A DNA stretch of 64,000 nt from Dicyema japonicum. Lineage: Eukaryota; Animalia; Dicyemida. Shown here in pieces: positions 63,119 to 64,000 of this stretch. The first letter of the stretch is position 1. Each line of letters opens with the position of its first letter. The notes under the pieces were generated by a model. The model worked only from the letters and a program-made list of their open reading frames with translations. It was not told the origin of the DNA and searched no databases. The position numbers and the translations under genes were made by a program. The stretch covers positions 1 to 64,000 of the forward strand of contig RDEW01000078.1 in NCBI GenBank assembly GCA_011109175.1, read 5' to 3'.

Positions 63119-64000
63119 ATGCAAATTCCTTCATTGTATGCACTTTGCATTAATGAATATCGAAAAATCATTAATATGAAGAAGTATGGCGGATTAAGCT
63201 CAAAGTCGAAGATGATGTTTGACAAAAAAATACATTATGAAATAGAATATTTGAAAGCACAAAATTCACAAAAGATATTATCAGTTTTGCATGATTTCTC
63301 AATATTAAGCAAACTCACAGAAGTATATTACAACATTTTCCGCCTTGATTTGTCCAACAATCAAATTGATATTAAAGATTTATCAAATTTTTGCCAATAT
63401 TTACCAAATTTAACGAATATTAAGTTGGCTAAAATATCATCATCTGAGAATGTGCCTCATCTGCAGTATTTTCCAAATAATATCAATTCTTTCACTCTTT
63501 TGGATTATGATGACCCAGTTTTACTTCATTTGCTATTTAAAAGCGGATTCAGTGAAATTAGGTCACTAGAACTTTTATCAGATTCCTTTCTTGAGAGAAG
63601 TAGTCCAAATAAAATTTATTGTTGCACAATCAAACTGATCAAAGAACTCGAAAGAATTAATTTTGACAATGTTCTGATATCCAATTTCGAAGAATTTTCC
63701 AAAAGTCTTACCAGTCCCAGATCTCTAAGGTTTTTATTTTGTTAGATTAAGATACTTTTCGTATACAAACAGTAAAAATGTGCATGAATTAAGCTGTGAT
63801 TGTAGACCGTTATTAAATTTAGCCACTAATTTAGAATTTTTTGATTTGTCAGGATTCTCGATTGATTATGGTTTACTAAACCCGTATTTTACTAGTTAAC
63901 ATTTAGAGAACTGTCGAAACACAAGATTGACACATTTTGCTTCCAAAAATATCGCAATTTTTTAAAAATAATGACAATGTGATATTATTAATAATAATTG
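63119..64000 (+). CDS. Leucine-rich repeat protein with an N-terminal BC-box-like motif (partial, runs off the window)
   Basis: Open exon of about 204 codons from the ATG at 63119, with PSLYALC and LRR units FRLDLSNNQI, LPNLTNIKL and LERINFDN. A 22-nt GT-AG intron (63730-63751) continues the frame into NLEFFDLSG. Confidence 0.7.

Overview
This is AT-rich animal genomic DNA, not prokaryotic. It is mostly decayed transposable elements, with a few host genes whose GT-AG introns are only 22-27 nt long. That intron size suggests a reduced parasitic metazoan such as a dicyemid; this is an inference, and other compact-intron lineages are not excluded. Host genes: an apparently intact 5-exon protocadherin-like gene (30491-32822), a frameshifted paralogue (46149-48324), a 160-bp remnant of a third copy (9321-9478), an LRR gene running off the right edge, and decayed actin and ESCO/Eco1 pseudogenes. 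Mobile DNA: a Ginger2-like element with TIRs and a 5-bp TSD, two copies of a longer Ginger2-like element, a Buster-type hAT with an 8-bp TSD, about a dozen CRE-clade retrotransposon fragments, APE-type and RTE LINE fragments, and at least three tRNA-headed SINE types. The most interesting signals are three. First, the protocadherin paralogues share near-identical internal tracts but differ in EC1 and in the TM/tail, and one copy has a duplicated TM segment. Second, a GC-richer intronless island at 8.47-9.27 kb resembles part of a negative-strand RNA virus L protein (candidate endogenous viral element). Third, two short tandem arrays parse as micro-exon/micro-intron units. Five n-joined duplications at 19-22 kb look like assembly artefacts, which adds a caveat to the other near-identical duplications. 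All assignments come from manual translation and motif recognition; no searches were run.
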